64,000 nt of DNA from Candidatus Thorarchaeota archaeon (lineage in GTDB: Archaea; Asgardarchaeota; Thorarchaeia; Thorarchaeales; Thorarchaeaceae): assembly GCA_011364905.1 (NCBI GenBank), contig RDNZ01000006.1:1-64000 (forward strand), given 5' to 3'. Positions 10,540 to 21,021 of this stretch are shown one piece after another; positions within the stretch are counted from its first letter, which is position 1, and each line of letters begins with the position of its first letter. A program made the translations under genes and the position numbers. The notes below the pieces were generated by a model that was given only the letters and a program-made list of their open reading frames with translations, searched no databases and had not been told where the DNA came from.

Positions 10540-11856
10540 CTAGATTATAACACTCTCAATCTCAACATTTCTATCTTTGATGCTCAACGTCTTGGCAGGA
10601 ATCTTCTTTCCACCATAGAGCTCAGCCTCAGCTTCTCCCCGATAGAGTGCATCAGCGATCCTACCCAAGGCATCAGCTTTCATGATTCCCGAACCACTTG
10701 CTCCATTAACAACCAGCACTCCATACTCGAGATAGACAAATGGAATACGATCAGGACTGTAGCAGTAGCCACCTGCCCAGCTATTGACTGGCCTTGCACC
10801 TTGGAATGCAGGGAAGTACTTGGATAGCACCGGATACATGCTGTTCTCATAGTATGCGCTCTCAGGAACCATGTCCTCATCAGTCTGGATGTATTTGTAT
10901 GCACGTCCGATTGTGTCTCCGCATCCGATCCAAAAGCCTCGTTCTTGCAGTTGTGGTCTGAAATAGACACCTGCTGAGGGAAGGATCGTGAATGGCACGC
11001 ACCCTAACTCGTTGAAACCCTTGACATCTAATAGGTCATGCAGCTCCTTCTTGTCCTCAGCGTGGATGACAAAGAGTTGTCGTTTCTTCATCTTTGTCAT
11101 ACCATCAATACCAATTGGATCGAGCAGCTGATTTGTCCATGCACCAATTGCCAGAACGACCACATCTGCGCGCAAGGTCCCTTTGTCTGTAATGATACCA
11201 TTTACCTTCTTGTTTTGCCAAACGAAGGGTTCTCCTGGCAGGTCCAATTTGGGATCAGCTTCGAGCAGAAGCTTCTTGACCTCCAGTCCAAATCTTGGTT
11301 TGATATGGGAGATCTTCTTAAACTCCTCGAAATAGTGTTCAACTAGGCGTGTTGGATCCAGTACACCGCAATCAGATCCAAAGAGACCATAGCTCACTTC
11401 TTGAAGATGCATAAGCTCCGCTTCTTCATCACCCGCGAAATTTGCGTTGAGACCAGGAAGCATCTTCTTGAGTTCGTCTTTGGTGTAGATCTTGAAGTTT
11501 ATTCCTGACTTTTTCATGCGTTCCATCCAGAGTTTGACACTCTCGTGATTGAACTGCTCCTCACTCAACAACCAAAGATATCCTGTTTTCTCAAAGAAGA
11601 GATTATGTCCAAGCTCATTTTGCACATATTCGAAGTACTTGATTGATGTGTCTGTGAGAAGCTGATTCGTTGATGAAGCAAACATGTTACGTACTGCAGC
11701 GGCACTCATCGCAGTGTTTGATTGTCCAGCAGCCAAGGTTCGATCAATAAGGAGTATTTTCTTGTCAGGGCTATTCTTCTGTAAGTAGTAAGCAGTTGAA
11801 ACACCAAGACAGCCAGCACCCACTACAATGACATCAAAGGTCTCTTCAGTACTCAC
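10540..11856 (-). CDS. FAD-dependent oxidoreductase (DAO / sarcosine or proline dehydrogenase beta-like)
   Basis: GAGCLG Rossmann motif, WAGxY..SPD..P, GxSGSGIMKA; GTG start after GGAGG. Confidence 0.85.
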   Translation of the reverse strand: MSTEETFDVIVVGAGCLGVSTAYYLQKNSPDKKILLIDRTLAAGQSNTAMSAAAVRNMFASSTNQLLTDTSIKYFEYVQNELGHNLFFEKTGYLWLLSEEQFNHESVKLWMERMKKSGINFKIYTKDELKKMLPGLNANFAGDEEAELMHLQEVSYGLFGSDCGVLDPTRLVEHYFEEFKKISHIKPRFGLEVKKLLLEADPKLDLPGEPFVWQNKKVNGIITDKGTLRADVVVLAIGAWTNQLLDPIGIDGMTKMKKRQLFVIHAEDKKELHDLLDVKGFNELGCVPFTILPSAGVYFRPQLQERGFWIGCGDTIGRAYKYIQTDEDMVPESAYYENSMYPVLSKYFPAFQGARPVNSWAGGYCYSPDRIPFVYLEYGVLVVNGASGSGIMKADALGRIADALYRGEAEAELYGGKKIPAKTLSIKDRNVEIESVII

Positions 11857-12046
11857 TATGAATGCCTCCGTGATAGAGCCGCTGAAACAAGCCCACCTAA
11901 AACGTTTACCATTCACAGATAGAATCAAGTTTGCAGCCGCCCAAGTCACTTCCAATCGTATCATATTGACTCATTGGTGCATATTGATTTAGACCACAAC
12001 CATCATAAGGAAACTCACGGCCTGCGCCAAATCGGAGAGGAGAATC

Positions 12047-12775
12047 ATGGCCATCTCTGACGATCAAGAAATGGAACTGCTCGAAACAACGAGTGAAACA
12101 AAGCGAGTCGCTGTAGGAGTCATACTCGCTGCGCTCTATGCGGTGCTAGCAGTACTTCCGCTTAGTGCTTTCATTGGGGCTGCTAGTATCATCAGTTTTG
12201 CCATATGCATAGCTCCTCTTTTTGGAATTATCCTTGGTCCAGTCAGAGGATTTGCTTTTGGTCTGATTGGAGCTATTTTGGCTACAATACTACTGACGGT
12301 CATGCCAGCGAATCTCTATCTGGTAATGCCCACCATCATTCTGGGTCCTGCAGTTGCAGGGCTCTTTACCGGGCTCATGGTAAATCGTAAGATTAAGTTC
12401 GGACCACTGCTCACTGCTCTCTACCTGTTGCTGATAATCATCCTCTTCGTGATTCCACGGCCAAGCGCCTGGATATTCATGACACCGTACATCTTAGCTC
12501 TGGTTGTTGCATTAGTTCTTCAGTTCGTAGGAGTTGAATTCGACCTGACCAAGGTTGGTGTGACGAAGTATCTCCAGATACTACCCTACACATTCATCGG
12601 AGCAATGCTAGACCATTCTATGATGGCCATGGGATCAGTCTATATTCTGCAGCTGGAACCAAGTCTCTTCATTGGGATATTCCCGCTCATGGTGTTAGAG
12701 AGAACCATTGCTACTATCCTAGCCGCGATTTTGGGATGGGTGGTGCTGACCGTTCTCCAAGGTGAACTCACGTAA
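12047..12775 (+). CDS. Putative ECF transporter S component
   Basis: Hydrophobic, APLFGIILGPxRG motif, C-terminal ER...T helix. Confidence 0.65.
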   Translation: MAISDDQEMELLETTSETKRVAVGVILAALYAVLAVLPLSAFIGAASIISFAICIAPLFGIILGPVRGFAFGLIGAILATILLTVMPANLYLVMPTIILGPAVAGLFTGLMVNRKIKFGPLLTALYLLLIIILFVIPRPSAWIFMTPYILALVVALVLQFVGVEFDLTKVGVTKYLQILPYTFIGAMLDHSMMAMGSVYILQLEPSLFIGIFPLMVLERTIATILAAILGWVVLTVLQGELT

Positions 12776-13376
12776 GAGTCTTGATGATCTCTTCAAGAGC
12801 TCTAATCTCGAGATCCAAAGGCATCGTGGCTAGAGACATCGTATCTTTCTCGATTGCTTGTGAAGGCAGAGGAGGTAGATGAATGAATGTTGCTTTCGCA
12901 GCGAGTCTGCCACTCTCAATTCTATGCATCACATTGTAAAGCAACCAATTGCAGCCATAGATACCTGCATGATAGCTCACTTCTGCAGGAATACCATTAT
13001 CGACCAATGCCTTCACCAACCCATGGGGCTTGATATTGGCGAAGTACGCGGCTGGACCATCGGGCTCTATGAGATCTGACTCTGGATTATTCCCGTAGTT
13101 ATCAGGTCGCTTTGTCGAAATGGCATTCAAAGCAATCCTCTCAATTGTTATTGAAGACCTGTTCGCTTGTCCGCAACAGAGGACATACTCTGGTTTGTGT
13201 TTTGCAAGGGCTTCATCCAGCGTTCTGAGAGCATTCTTGTAATCGAGGGGCAACACTAAACCGACAACAGAGAATTGATTGATCTTCCTGTCATCAAATG
13301 CTTTGGCGATTTTCTCAGATGGATTGACACTGAATCCATCAAATGGCTCGAATCCAGTGAGTAGAATCTCAGGCAT
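12768..13376 (-). CDS. pcp: Pyroglutamyl-peptidase I
   Basis: LLTGFEPF, ERIALN, AGxYxCN and FIHLP (Glu-Cys-His triad). Confidence 0.95.
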   Translation of the reverse strand: MPEILLTGFEPFDGFSVNPSEKIAKAFDDRKINQFSVVGLVLPLDYKNALRTLDEALAKHKPEYVLCCGQANRSSITIERIALNAISTKRPDNYGNNPESDLIEPDGPAAYFANIKPHGLVKALVDNGIPAEVSYHAGIYGCNWLLYNVMHRIESGRLAAKATFIHLPPLPSQAIEKDTMSLATMPLDLEIRALEEIIKTLT

Positions 13377-13425
13377 AGAATCACCTATGGAAGCAATCGG
13401 TGTTGTCCTAAAGAGTTTTTCAGAG

Positions 13426-14136
13426 TTATTCAGGGAGAATATTTGGCAGAGCTAACAGAATGAAGAAAATCCCGAGAACAATTTGGAATATGCCTATTGC
13501 AATATTGACTAGATTTAGTCGACCGACTTTAGCCTTCTTGCTTCCATAAGTAGCACCAACTGAGAGGAATGCCCCGAATATGAAATCTGTTGAAATGTGA
13601 GTGAAGTAGATGAGAATCCCAGCGATAAGGACTGCACCAACACTCCACTGAACATTCTCAAGGAGATAGTTGATTGCAGTGAAACCTGCAGCAATCCACC
13701 AGAGCAAGAAGTATGGAGAGAAAATGCTCACCAAGGCGCCTTGTGTCGTTGCTTCCAATGCGGAGGCAGCTGTTACCTCTTGCTTCATTTCGATCCTAGT
13801 TTCTGAAGAAACTTGTTTGTAGTCCCGCAAAGCAAGCAGGCCAAAAAGAATGATTATTACTCCTCCAAATCCCATGAGAAAGTCGGTGTATGGAGCAATA
13901 ACTGATGAGTTCACCCCTAGAATAATAGCAGTAATGATGACTAACTCTACAAGAGCATGACCGACCATGGGCAAAATTCCATGCAGTCGTCCCCGTTTGC
14001 TTGCCTGCTGAATGACAGCTGCAGACAACGGTCCGGGTGCTAACGCTCCCGTGAGAGAGAGGACAAACCATCCAGCCAGAACGAAAACGACTTCTACGAC
14101 ACCCATTCCACTGTTCCTCTTTGCTATTGCAAGCAC
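13426..14136 (-). CDS. LysE family translocator
   Basis: GALAPGP, GHALVE and SPYFLLWW motifs; start probably at 14106. Confidence 0.85.
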   Translation of the reverse strand: MLAIAKRNSGMGVVEVVFVLAGWFVLSLTGALAPGPLSAAVIQQASKRGRLHGILPMVGHALVELVIITAIILGVNSSVIAPYTDFLMGFGGVIIILFGLLALRDYKQVSSETRIEMKQEVTAASALEATTQGALVSIFSPYFLLWWIAAGFTAINYLLENVQWSVGAVLIAGILIYFTHISTDFIFGAFLSVGATYGSKKAKVGRLNLVNIAIGIFQIVLGIFFILLALPNILPE

Positions 14137-14278
14137 GTTTCAAAGAAAAGCTTGGTGCTTAGTGAGCCATTTAATGATATTGGTAATAATTGTATTACAA
14201 CTACTAGAGTTTGACCCTCTAGAAAGCCTTAATAGCTTTCCATTTGAGCTGCGAGATTAACTCGGGAGCTGTGCGTCT

Positions 14279-15397
14279 GTGAAACAGGTGCAAATTACTG
14301 TCCCCTACGAAAAGACAGAAGCAGTGTTTGATTTTGTTGTTGATAGTCTTAGTATCAATAACATAACGAAATTCAACACTGACAATGCCCACCTACTGCA
14401 ATTTAGGATTCCTGATGATCAGGTCAATGAAGCCATTGAAAAACTGAAGAGCAGAGGCGTAGGAGTAGAATACGGATTCATCGATATCCTGGATCTTAAA
14501 GCAACACTTCCACGTGAAGCTGAGGAAGTGAGCGCTACCAAGATACAAAGAGATGCGAGTCTAGCTGTTGATGAGATCTATGAGAATGTCAAGAAGCAGG
14601 CATCATTGAGCTTTGATTTCATTGCATTCTCAATTCTTGCGGCCGCAATGGCTGGATTTGGTCTGCTGCAAAACAATACCACAGTCATAGTTGCATCAAT
14701 GCTGCTCTCTCCGCTTATGGGGCCAATGCTGGGAGTAGCTTTGGGTTACGTCGTCAGAGACCGTGCGCTCTTCATCAAAGGAACCAGAAATGAGTTGATA
14801 TCACTTGCCTTGTCGTTTGCAGTTGGCATTGTAATGGCGATTATACTCTTCATAGTTGGTTCAGGGGGCTACGTCAATCTTTTGGAAGACCAGCTTCATA
14901 ATGATATCATTACTGAGGTAACAAGACGCGCTGGATTCTCATGGATCGATGTAGGTGTGGCATTAATCTCCGGACCTGCAGTGGCTGTTTCTGTCACAAG
15001 AGGCGACATGTCAAGCCTCGTCGGTGTCGCGATTTCTGCGGCTTTAATGCCTCCTGCCGTCAATGCAGCATTAATGATGTTGCTTGGGATAATGTATGCA
15101 AGTCCTGCGGTGATTGGGATAGGGATTGGCTCTCTGGAACTATTGGCAATGAACATCATCCTGATTGACTTGGCAGCCATAGTGATGTTTAGGATCAAAA
15201 AACTCACGCCTTTGGCAAATCGATCCGCCACTTGGACAGCAGTGACTCAATTCACCAAGACCCGTTCTGAGAGTCTCTATCATAAACCTCGCTCTGAACC
15301 TGCAGAGGCAAAATTCACTCCTGCTCCTGCACAAGAGGAACAAAGTCCTCAACCAAAGCCAAAGATGAAAGATAATGAGCAGGAAAAACCTGGTTAG
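14279..15397 (+). CDS. TIGR00341 / DUF389 membrane protein
   Basis: VIVASMLLSPLMGP and GVAISAALMPPA motifs. Confidence 0.85.
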   Translation: MKQVQITVPYEKTEAVFDFVVDSLSINNITKFNTDNAHLLQFRIPDDQVNEAIEKLKSRGVGVEYGFIDILDLKATLPREAEEVSATKIQRDASLAVDEIYENVKKQASLSFDFIAFSILAAAMAGFGLLQNNTTVIVASMLLSPLMGPMLGVALGYVVRDRALFIKGTRNELISLALSFAVGIVMAIILFIVGSGGYVNLLEDQLHNDIITEVTRRAGFSWIDVGVALISGPAVAVSVTRGDMSSLVGVAISAALMPPAVNAALMMLLGIMYASPAVIGIGIGSLELLAMNIILIDLAAIVMFRIKKLTPLANRSATWTAVTQFTKTRSESLYHKPRSEPAEAKFTPAPAQEEQSPQPKPKMKDNEQEKPG

Positions 15398-15517
15398 GTA
15401 TAATCGTACTGTTTTGGAAACGGTATTGCCAGGCTTTTCTCATCCCGGATCCTATCACCTGAAAACAATTGGATGTCATTCCATTTAATTTTGTAAGTAC
15501 GTAAACCCATTTATGTA

Positions 15518-15550
15518 TAGAAATGAAACTAATTATAGTTCTCATTTCTA
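15518..15550. promoter_or_regulatory. Palindromic operator candidate upstream of the acyl-CoA dehydrogenase-like gene
   Basis: TAGAAATGA-AACTA..TAGTT-C-TCATTTCTA inverted repeat. Confidence 0.55.
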
Positions 15551-15557
15551 AGATGCT

Positions 15558-16730
15558 ATGAACGAATTAGGAAATGTGAGAAACATGATTTTATCAGACG
15601 CTCAGAAAAAGATACAAGCAGAAGCTCGCGACCTCTCACTGAAAGAAATCGCCCCCCAAGCCGCCCGGGTGGACAAAGAAGGCTCTTTCCCGTTGGATGG
15701 ACTCAACAAACTTGGAGCCGCTGGTTTTCTCGGACTGACTGTCCCTCAAGCACTTGGCGGTAGAGGTGCTGATAGCGTTTCGTTTGTGCTGGCGATCGAA
15801 GCCGTCGCAAGAAGTTGCGCCTCAACGGCCTTGGTCTTTTTGACACACAGCTTGGTTACCAGAGCGCTTGCCGTGGCCGGCAATGATGAACAGAAGCAGA
15901 AACTTCTACCTGCGATGATCGCTGGAGAGAAACTGGGGGCACTCGCCGTCACCGAGGCAGCTTCAGGCTCTAACTCTCTAGCAATTGCAACAAAAGCTGT
16001 TGCCGACGGTGACAGTTTCATTGTCAATGGGTCAAAGGCATTAATAACGGGAGCCGAACAGGCACAGGTTTACATTATCGTGCTCCGTACCGACAGAGCG
16101 CAAACACCCCTCGACCTATCTGCCATTATTATGGAGAAAGGTACTCCCAATTTCTCTTTTGGTAAGAAGGCAGATTTTATGGGGCTATGCGGCGCCTCCA
16201 ATGGGGATTTGGTCTTCAAAAACTGCCAGGTGCCCAAAACGAATCTTCTAGGACCTGAGAACGGTTATATGCAGGTCGGTCCCGCATATGCTAGCCATAG
16301 TATGCTGGGCATGGCGGCCATATCACTAGGTATAGCTCAGGCCGCGGTCGATGCAGCGACAGAACATGCTAAGACAAGGCTGAATGGCGAAAAGCCTATT
16401 TCCAGCTATCAAGGTATTCAGTTTCAGATAGCGGAAATGACAACATCACTGGCGGCATCGAGAGAATTGACATACTCAGCCGCTCAGCAGCTAGATAGTC
16501 AACAACCGCCTTCACCACTTCCGCTATACATGGCCAAGCTTAACGCGACCGAAATGGCGATTGATGTAGCTAACAAGGCTCTGCAGGTGTATGGAGGAAC
16601 TGGTTATAGCCGGGAGCTCCCGCTCGAGCGTTACTACCGCGATGCTAGAGGACTCACTCTGCACTTTTCAAATTCCGAGAAGCTCAAAGAGATGGTAGGT
16701 AAAATGCTCTTGGGACTTCCGCCAATATGA
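15558..16730 (+). CDS. Acyl-CoA dehydrogenase family protein (atypical active site)
   Basis: LAVTEAASGS, NGSKALIT, QVYGGTGY and ERYYRDAR motifs. Confidence 0.9.
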   Translation: MNELGNVRNMILSDAQKKIQAEARDLSLKEIAPQAARVDKEGSFPLDGLNKLGAAGFLGLTVPQALGGRGADSVSFVLAIEAVARSCASTALVFLTHSLVTRALAVAGNDEQKQKLLPAMIAGEKLGALAVTEAASGSNSLAIATKAVADGDSFIVNGSKALITGAEQAQVYIIVLRTDRAQTPLDLSAIIMEKGTPNFSFGKKADFMGLCGASNGDLVFKNCQVPKTNLLGPENGYMQVGPAYASHSMLGMAAISLGIAQAAVDAATEHAKTRLNGEKPISSYQGIQFQIAEMTTSLAASRELTYSAAQQLDSQQPPSPLPLYMAKLNATEMAIDVANKALQVYGGTGYSRELPLERYYRDARGLTLHFSNSEKLKEMVGKMLLGLPPI

Positions 16731-16990
16731 ATTCAGTTGGGAATGCGAAAACAATTATGCACCAGGCTAAACGCAAAAGGAAACGATAGTAGAACAAAAA
16801 CACTTCATTGGATACAAGAATTACCCTTTCCTGCATACCTTATGACTATGGCAGAGCTCTAGGGTATTACTCACACTCAAAAGAACCTATAGATTTCGGT
16901 TAGAATGTTAACCAAAGAGAACTCGCGATATTGATTAGCCTAAGAATCACTACTCAAATAACTTGGTTACCTTCTATTGGAGAACAAAAA

Positions 16991-17287
16991 ATGGGCGAAC
17001 TCAAGAATAAACTGCTCAAAGGGCTGACGGAACACGATATTTTGACTTGGGAAGAGGAAAAAATGCGTTATCAACGAAAAATGGGCAGAAAAGTGACGGA
17101 TCTTGAGTTTCTGAGATTCCTTTTGATGATGGCTACTCGGCCCGTCATCACAAACAAGGATGGTGTAAAAACGGGCTTTCTCACAGGACGTGGACCAATC
17201 TATGAAAAAAGTGATACACTCTTGGAGAAATACCGAACTCAGCCAAATAATCGGACTACTCAGTCACCGAAGAAAATCTTAGAGTGA
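16991..17287 (+). CDS. Small hypothetical protein
   Basis: ORF with ATG after GGAG; basic helical N-terminal half. Confidence 0.5.
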   Translation: MGELKNKLLKGLTEHDILTWEEEKMRYQRKMGRKVTDLEFLRFLLMMATRPVITNKDGVKTGFLTGRGPIYEKSDTLLEKYRTQPNNRTTQSPKKILE

Positions 17288-17415
17288 GTTAAGCCAAACT
17301 CCAAATCTGTGTACATGTGCCAATCCTTAAATGCTAAGATACCAAATGGTACCTTAGGCAAATAGACAACGATGTACTACAATCCTGTAGATGATATCTG
17401 TAAGGAGAATGAAAA

Positions 17416-17556
17416 ATGCAGATGGATGAAGAAAACCAGAATATTTTCCCGGATTGGATGACCGCATCAGGTATTGAATTCTGGCACCCTGATGAGCTTT
17501 ACATGGAATGGCAAATGTTTCTCTATGGAATCTGGGAAAATGTGCAATATCTATGA
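17416..17556 (+). CDS. 46-aa acidic/aromatic microprotein (not in the ORF track)
   Basis: AAGGAG upstream; MQMDEENQNIFPDWMTASGIEFWHPDELYMEWQMFLYGIWENVQYL. Confidence 0.4.
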   Translation: MQMDEENQNIFPDWMTASGIEFWHPDELYMEWQMFLYGIWENVQYL

Positions 17557-17591
17557 TTCAAGAAATCAGCTGAACGGAATGATGAGTAAAA

Positions 17592-18314
17592 GTGTCTCAA
17601 GAAGGACCGGATGATCTCGACAAAGTCTTCAAGGCTTTAGGCAATGAAACGCGCAGGAGAATTTTACGTCTTCTTGCACAGAGCGAGAGATATCCATATG
17701 AACTAAGCAAGGTCCTCGGATTAACGCCTCGTGGCGTGTTTAAGCATTTGGAAGCCTTGCAGGATGCAGGCTTGGTGGAGAGGGAACATGGCGAGAGTGA
17801 ATTGGGACCAGATAGAGTATATTATCGTCTGAATGTTCGATTTGGGCTTTCCACAACAATTCTCCCGGACGCTTTTGTTGTGCGAGTAACGAGTCGAGGC
17901 GAACATGGAAGGCGTCTTATCATCCCGCAAGGATTCATAATACCTGAAGCTAGACCTGATGTAGCCGCAGTCAGGAATTTGCTACGAGAGCTCGGGAAAG
18001 TCAATAGACAACTGGAAAAACTTGACGAAGACAGAATGCGATTCGCATCTCTCAGAGGGCAGATAATTCGTCAGATTGAGGCGGTAATGGAGTACGCAGA
18101 ATGGGATGAAGAAAGCTGTCAGAAGGTTAGAACACTCATTGATCCAATACGCCAGCAGGTTGATGACACAACTGAGGAGCGAGAGGATGCGTGGGCGTGT
18201 TCCGTACAAGAGGCCCTCAAACTCTTCGAGAGTCTGTTGACAGGAAAATCATTCCCGAAAAAGAAGAAACCCGAATCTGAAGACGACATAGAGTTAGTTG
18301 CAGATCCGGAGTAA
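17592..18314 (+). CDS. ArsR family wHTH transcriptional regulator with coiled coil
   Basis: FKALGNETRRRILRLL...KHLEALQDAGLV...RVYY. Confidence 0.9.
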   Translation: MSQEGPDDLDKVFKALGNETRRRILRLLAQSERYPYELSKVLGLTPRGVFKHLEALQDAGLVEREHGESELGPDRVYYRLNVRFGLSTTILPDAFVVRVTSRGEHGRRLIIPQGFIIPEARPDVAAVRNLLRELGKVNRQLEKLDEDRMRFASLRGQIIRQIEAVMEYAEWDEESCQKVRTLIDPIRQQVDDTTEEREDAWACSVQEALKLFESLLTGKSFPKKKKPESEDDIELVADPE

Positions 18315-18316
18315 AA

Positions 18317-19000
18317 CTACCAATTCCAGACTATCTTCCACTCCAATCGCTTCTGGCTTGACATGCTTGGTACGTATTCAATTGGATTGTATGGCAGCTC
18401 AACGCCTTTTGCCTTCTTAACAGTGAGATAATGCTTACCCTTCGATGTGGTCAAAGTGATGATTCCCTGTGCTAGAGAATACAACTGATTGATAGTGACC
18501 TCATCTGCAGTTTCTGCATGTACAAGATAAAACTCGTTAGAGCCAATCTTGATGCTCTCTTCAACACACTCTTTGAAGAACTGAACGACATCCCGTGCTG
18601 AGAAATCAATCAGAAGAGGTGTCAAACCCTCAAAGGTAATGAGATTTGGCATCAAGTCCTTTCTGAGGCTTCTAAGCTGGATATTGATCTCGTGAAGATG
18701 TGGAGAACAAGTGTATTCACCAAGGGTGCTCTGACCGTAGCTAACTTCCATGATTTTGAATCCATTACCTTGCATCTGTGCAAGCTCGGTCATAAGAGAC
18801 CGGTTTCTTGCCTCTGTAATGACCTCTAGCGTTGATAGTCCAAGCTCAATCGCTCTTCTGAGAAGTGTGAGCATGAAAAGGTCGTAATGACTGTCCTGCG
18901 AAGCCATTACAAGGAAGACATATCCCTTTGGGGGTCGCGTGAGTAGATTGTCCACTATGCTGTATTTTGAACCATTTTGATCAACTGGTCCTTCTTGCAT
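18317..19000 (-). CDS. Inactivated KaiC/RecA-like ATPase domain protein
   Basis: Walker A lost; ITFEGLTPLL, LYSLAQGIITL and LTVKKAKG correspond to KaiC-family motifs. Confidence 0.6.
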   Translation of the reverse strand: MQEGPVDQNGSKYSIVDNLLTRPPKGYVFLVMASQDSHYDLFMLTLLRRAIELGLSTLEVITEARNRSLMTELAQMQGNGFKIMEVSYGQSTLGEYTCSPHLHEINIQLRSLRKDLMPNLITFEGLTPLLIDFSARDVVQFFKECVEESIKIGSNEFYLVHAETADEVTINQLYSLAQGIITLTTSKGKHYLTVKKAKGVELPYNPIEYVPSMSSQKRLEWKIVWNW

Positions 19001-19012
19001 ATGGTTTCACGC

Positions 19013-19405
19013 TCATTCATTTATTCCAAGATGTTTTCTTATGGTGGCTACGAGTGCTTTGCCTGAAAATGGCTTGACAATGTATTCGTCAGCACCAGCA
19101 GCTTCTCCTCTTTCAACATCACTACTAAGACCCTTAGCAGTGAACATTAGAATAGGAGTATCTTTGAAAGCTGCAATTCCTTTCAGTCTCTTGCAGACCT
19201 CAAAACCGTCAATGGTCGGAAGCATCACGTCGAGAAGAATAAGGTCAGGGACTTGTTCACATGCCAGTTCTATTGCACGCTCTCCATCACCTGCCACCAC
19301 TACCTCAAATCCATGTTTCTCTAGGAATGTCTTAGCTAGTTCAGTTGTCATCTGTTCATCATCGACAACCAGTATTTTCTTGCCGTCATTGTTCATATCT
19401 CTCAC
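19013..19405 (-). CDS. Stand-alone response regulator receiver
   Basis: VVDDE, LLDVMLP, FTAK and YIVKPF all intact. Confidence 0.95.
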   Translation of the reverse strand: MRDMNNDGKKILVVDDEQMTTELAKTFLEKHGFEVVVAGDGERAIELACEQVPDLILLDVMLPTIDGFEVCKRLKGIAAFKDTPILMFTAKGLSSDVERGEAAGADEYIVKPFSGKALVATIRKHLGINE

Positions 19406-19529
19406 CAGTGGTAAGTATTAATGTCGCCTAGACAACATTGGGATGAATTCTCCTTGGTTTTATAGTATGAATAGGATTCTGCCAGAACCGCATTTGCTCA
19501 GTTTTTTGTCGGCTCATCGCAATCAATCC

Positions 19530-20912
19530 TCATACAATTGGTACTAACTCATAGTCCAAGAATCCTTTCGACAGCAAAGGTTTCACGGCGAGATAATTAG
19601 TCCGTGGATTGACCCCACAGACACTTAGGACACCATTTAATTCCTGAACTCTGAGATGTATGCTATATGCAATCGATCCACTTTTCAGTCCCTGTTGTTC
19701 ACCGAGAATACTGATTGTTGCGCGGTTTGCAGCGGGTAACGAAGCCGTGATCTCAGCAATCATTCCTTTGACATCTGTCACACCATACTTGTTTTCAAGA
19801 GTATCAAGTGAGAACAGCTCTGTTGCTTCAGTGTCGAATTTGCGTTCGAGTTGATTCGCCTCATATCGAATCTCTTGAAGTGTTTTCCAAGGATCATCAT
19901 CTATTGCTCTCACATTGTCAAGATAGTCTACTGCATGTCTTCCAAAGAAAACTACTTGTTCTTCAACCAACGTAGCGTCAACAAAGTGGCATAGTCCCTG
20001 AGTGAATTGTTCTGGTGACCAGCCCTCTGGGAGCAAAATCACTGCTGGGCGTCCCAGTTGTAAGTGATTCGAAAGGAATGGGATATAGATTGTTTCCAAG
20101 TATGGTGCAGCCAGATTTTCAACCTCAATAAGGCTGAGTGCACCCTTCTGAAATCCACCACCAATGATTCCATCTAGACTTCTATTGCCGGTAGAAATTC
20201 TACCAGAAGCAGGGTCCTTTGTTGGCTCTCTTTCAATCGTTATAGGCGGAAATTGGTGAACATGCCATGGAACATAGGTAAAACGACCGTTGTTAAGTGT
20301 GAATAGAAATGTGTCCTGTGTCAAGGGCATGAATCGCATCTTTTCGATAGTCATTTGGCGATACATCCTTTGGTCTTCACGGAGTTTTCGTAGTCGGATG
20401 ATTGCATCTGCAGAATGATGGAGAGGCTTTTGCTGTTCTTGGTCCCAGTCACCCTCAGTGACAAGTACGAGTTTCTTTCCTTCATTCCTTGCCGCAAAGA
20501 TTAGAGACTGCTGAATTTCGTATCTATCGTCGACTTTTACAGGCATTAAGAAATCGGTCCATGAATCTATGATCACTACATTGTGCGATTCCGAGATTGG
20601 TGATCCTCCCAGAAGTTTTCTCAACTGCTCATGTAGCGGGTCCACATGCATTGGACCTTCGTTATGGGTTCTCCAGTAGTGCGCCAGTACATGTCGATCC
20701 GGCCAGTTTTGCTGAGATGATAGCTCTTTGTCCGAAACAGACATAGACTCAGCATTGGAGAGGATGAGAAAGGAGTCCTGAAACTCACGAAACACCTCTT
20801 GAACAAAGAGCGTTTTTCCTGTTCCGGGTTTTCCTGTAACGACGATGACATATCCTGATTTTGAGTCTAATGCATCCCTAATACTAGGAGGAATTGAGCC
20901 TTCACTGCTCAT
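19530..20912 (-). CDS. Two-domain KaiC/GvpD-like ATPase
   Basis: Domain 1 has GKPGTGKT, IIIDSW and EKMR; domain 2 starts ISTGNRSLDGIIGGG with a degenerate P-loop. Confidence 0.8.
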   Translation of the reverse strand: MSSEGSIPPSIRDALDSKSGYVIVVTGKPGTGKTLFVQEVFREFQDSFLILSNAESMSVSDKELSSQQNWPDRHVLAHYWRTHNEGPMHVDPLHEQLRKLLGGSPISESHNVVIIDSWTDFLMPVKVDDRYEIQQSLIFAARNEGKKLVLVTEGDWDQEQQKPLHHSADAIIRLRKLREDQRMYRQMTIEKMRFMPLTQDTFLFTLNNGRFTYVPWHVHQFPPITIEREPTKDPASGRISTGNRSLDGIIGGGFQKGALSLIEVENLAAPYLETIYIPFLSNHLQLGRPAVILLPEGWSPEQFTQGLCHFVDATLVEEQVVFFGRHAVDYLDNVRAIDDDPWKTLQEIRYEANQLERKFDTEATELFSLDTLENKYGVTDVKGMIAEITASLPAANRATISILGEQQGLKSGSIAYSIHLRVQELNGVLSVCGVNPRTNYLAVKPLLSKGFLDYELVPIV

Positions 20913-21021
20913 TTCAATAAGCTCCTTTCTTGCGCAAATGGAGTGCGCTAGTTATGAGATATAAGATTATGTGGCTCATTTATTCTAATCACTCTTGTGA
21001 AAATTCTTTCGAAATCAACAG

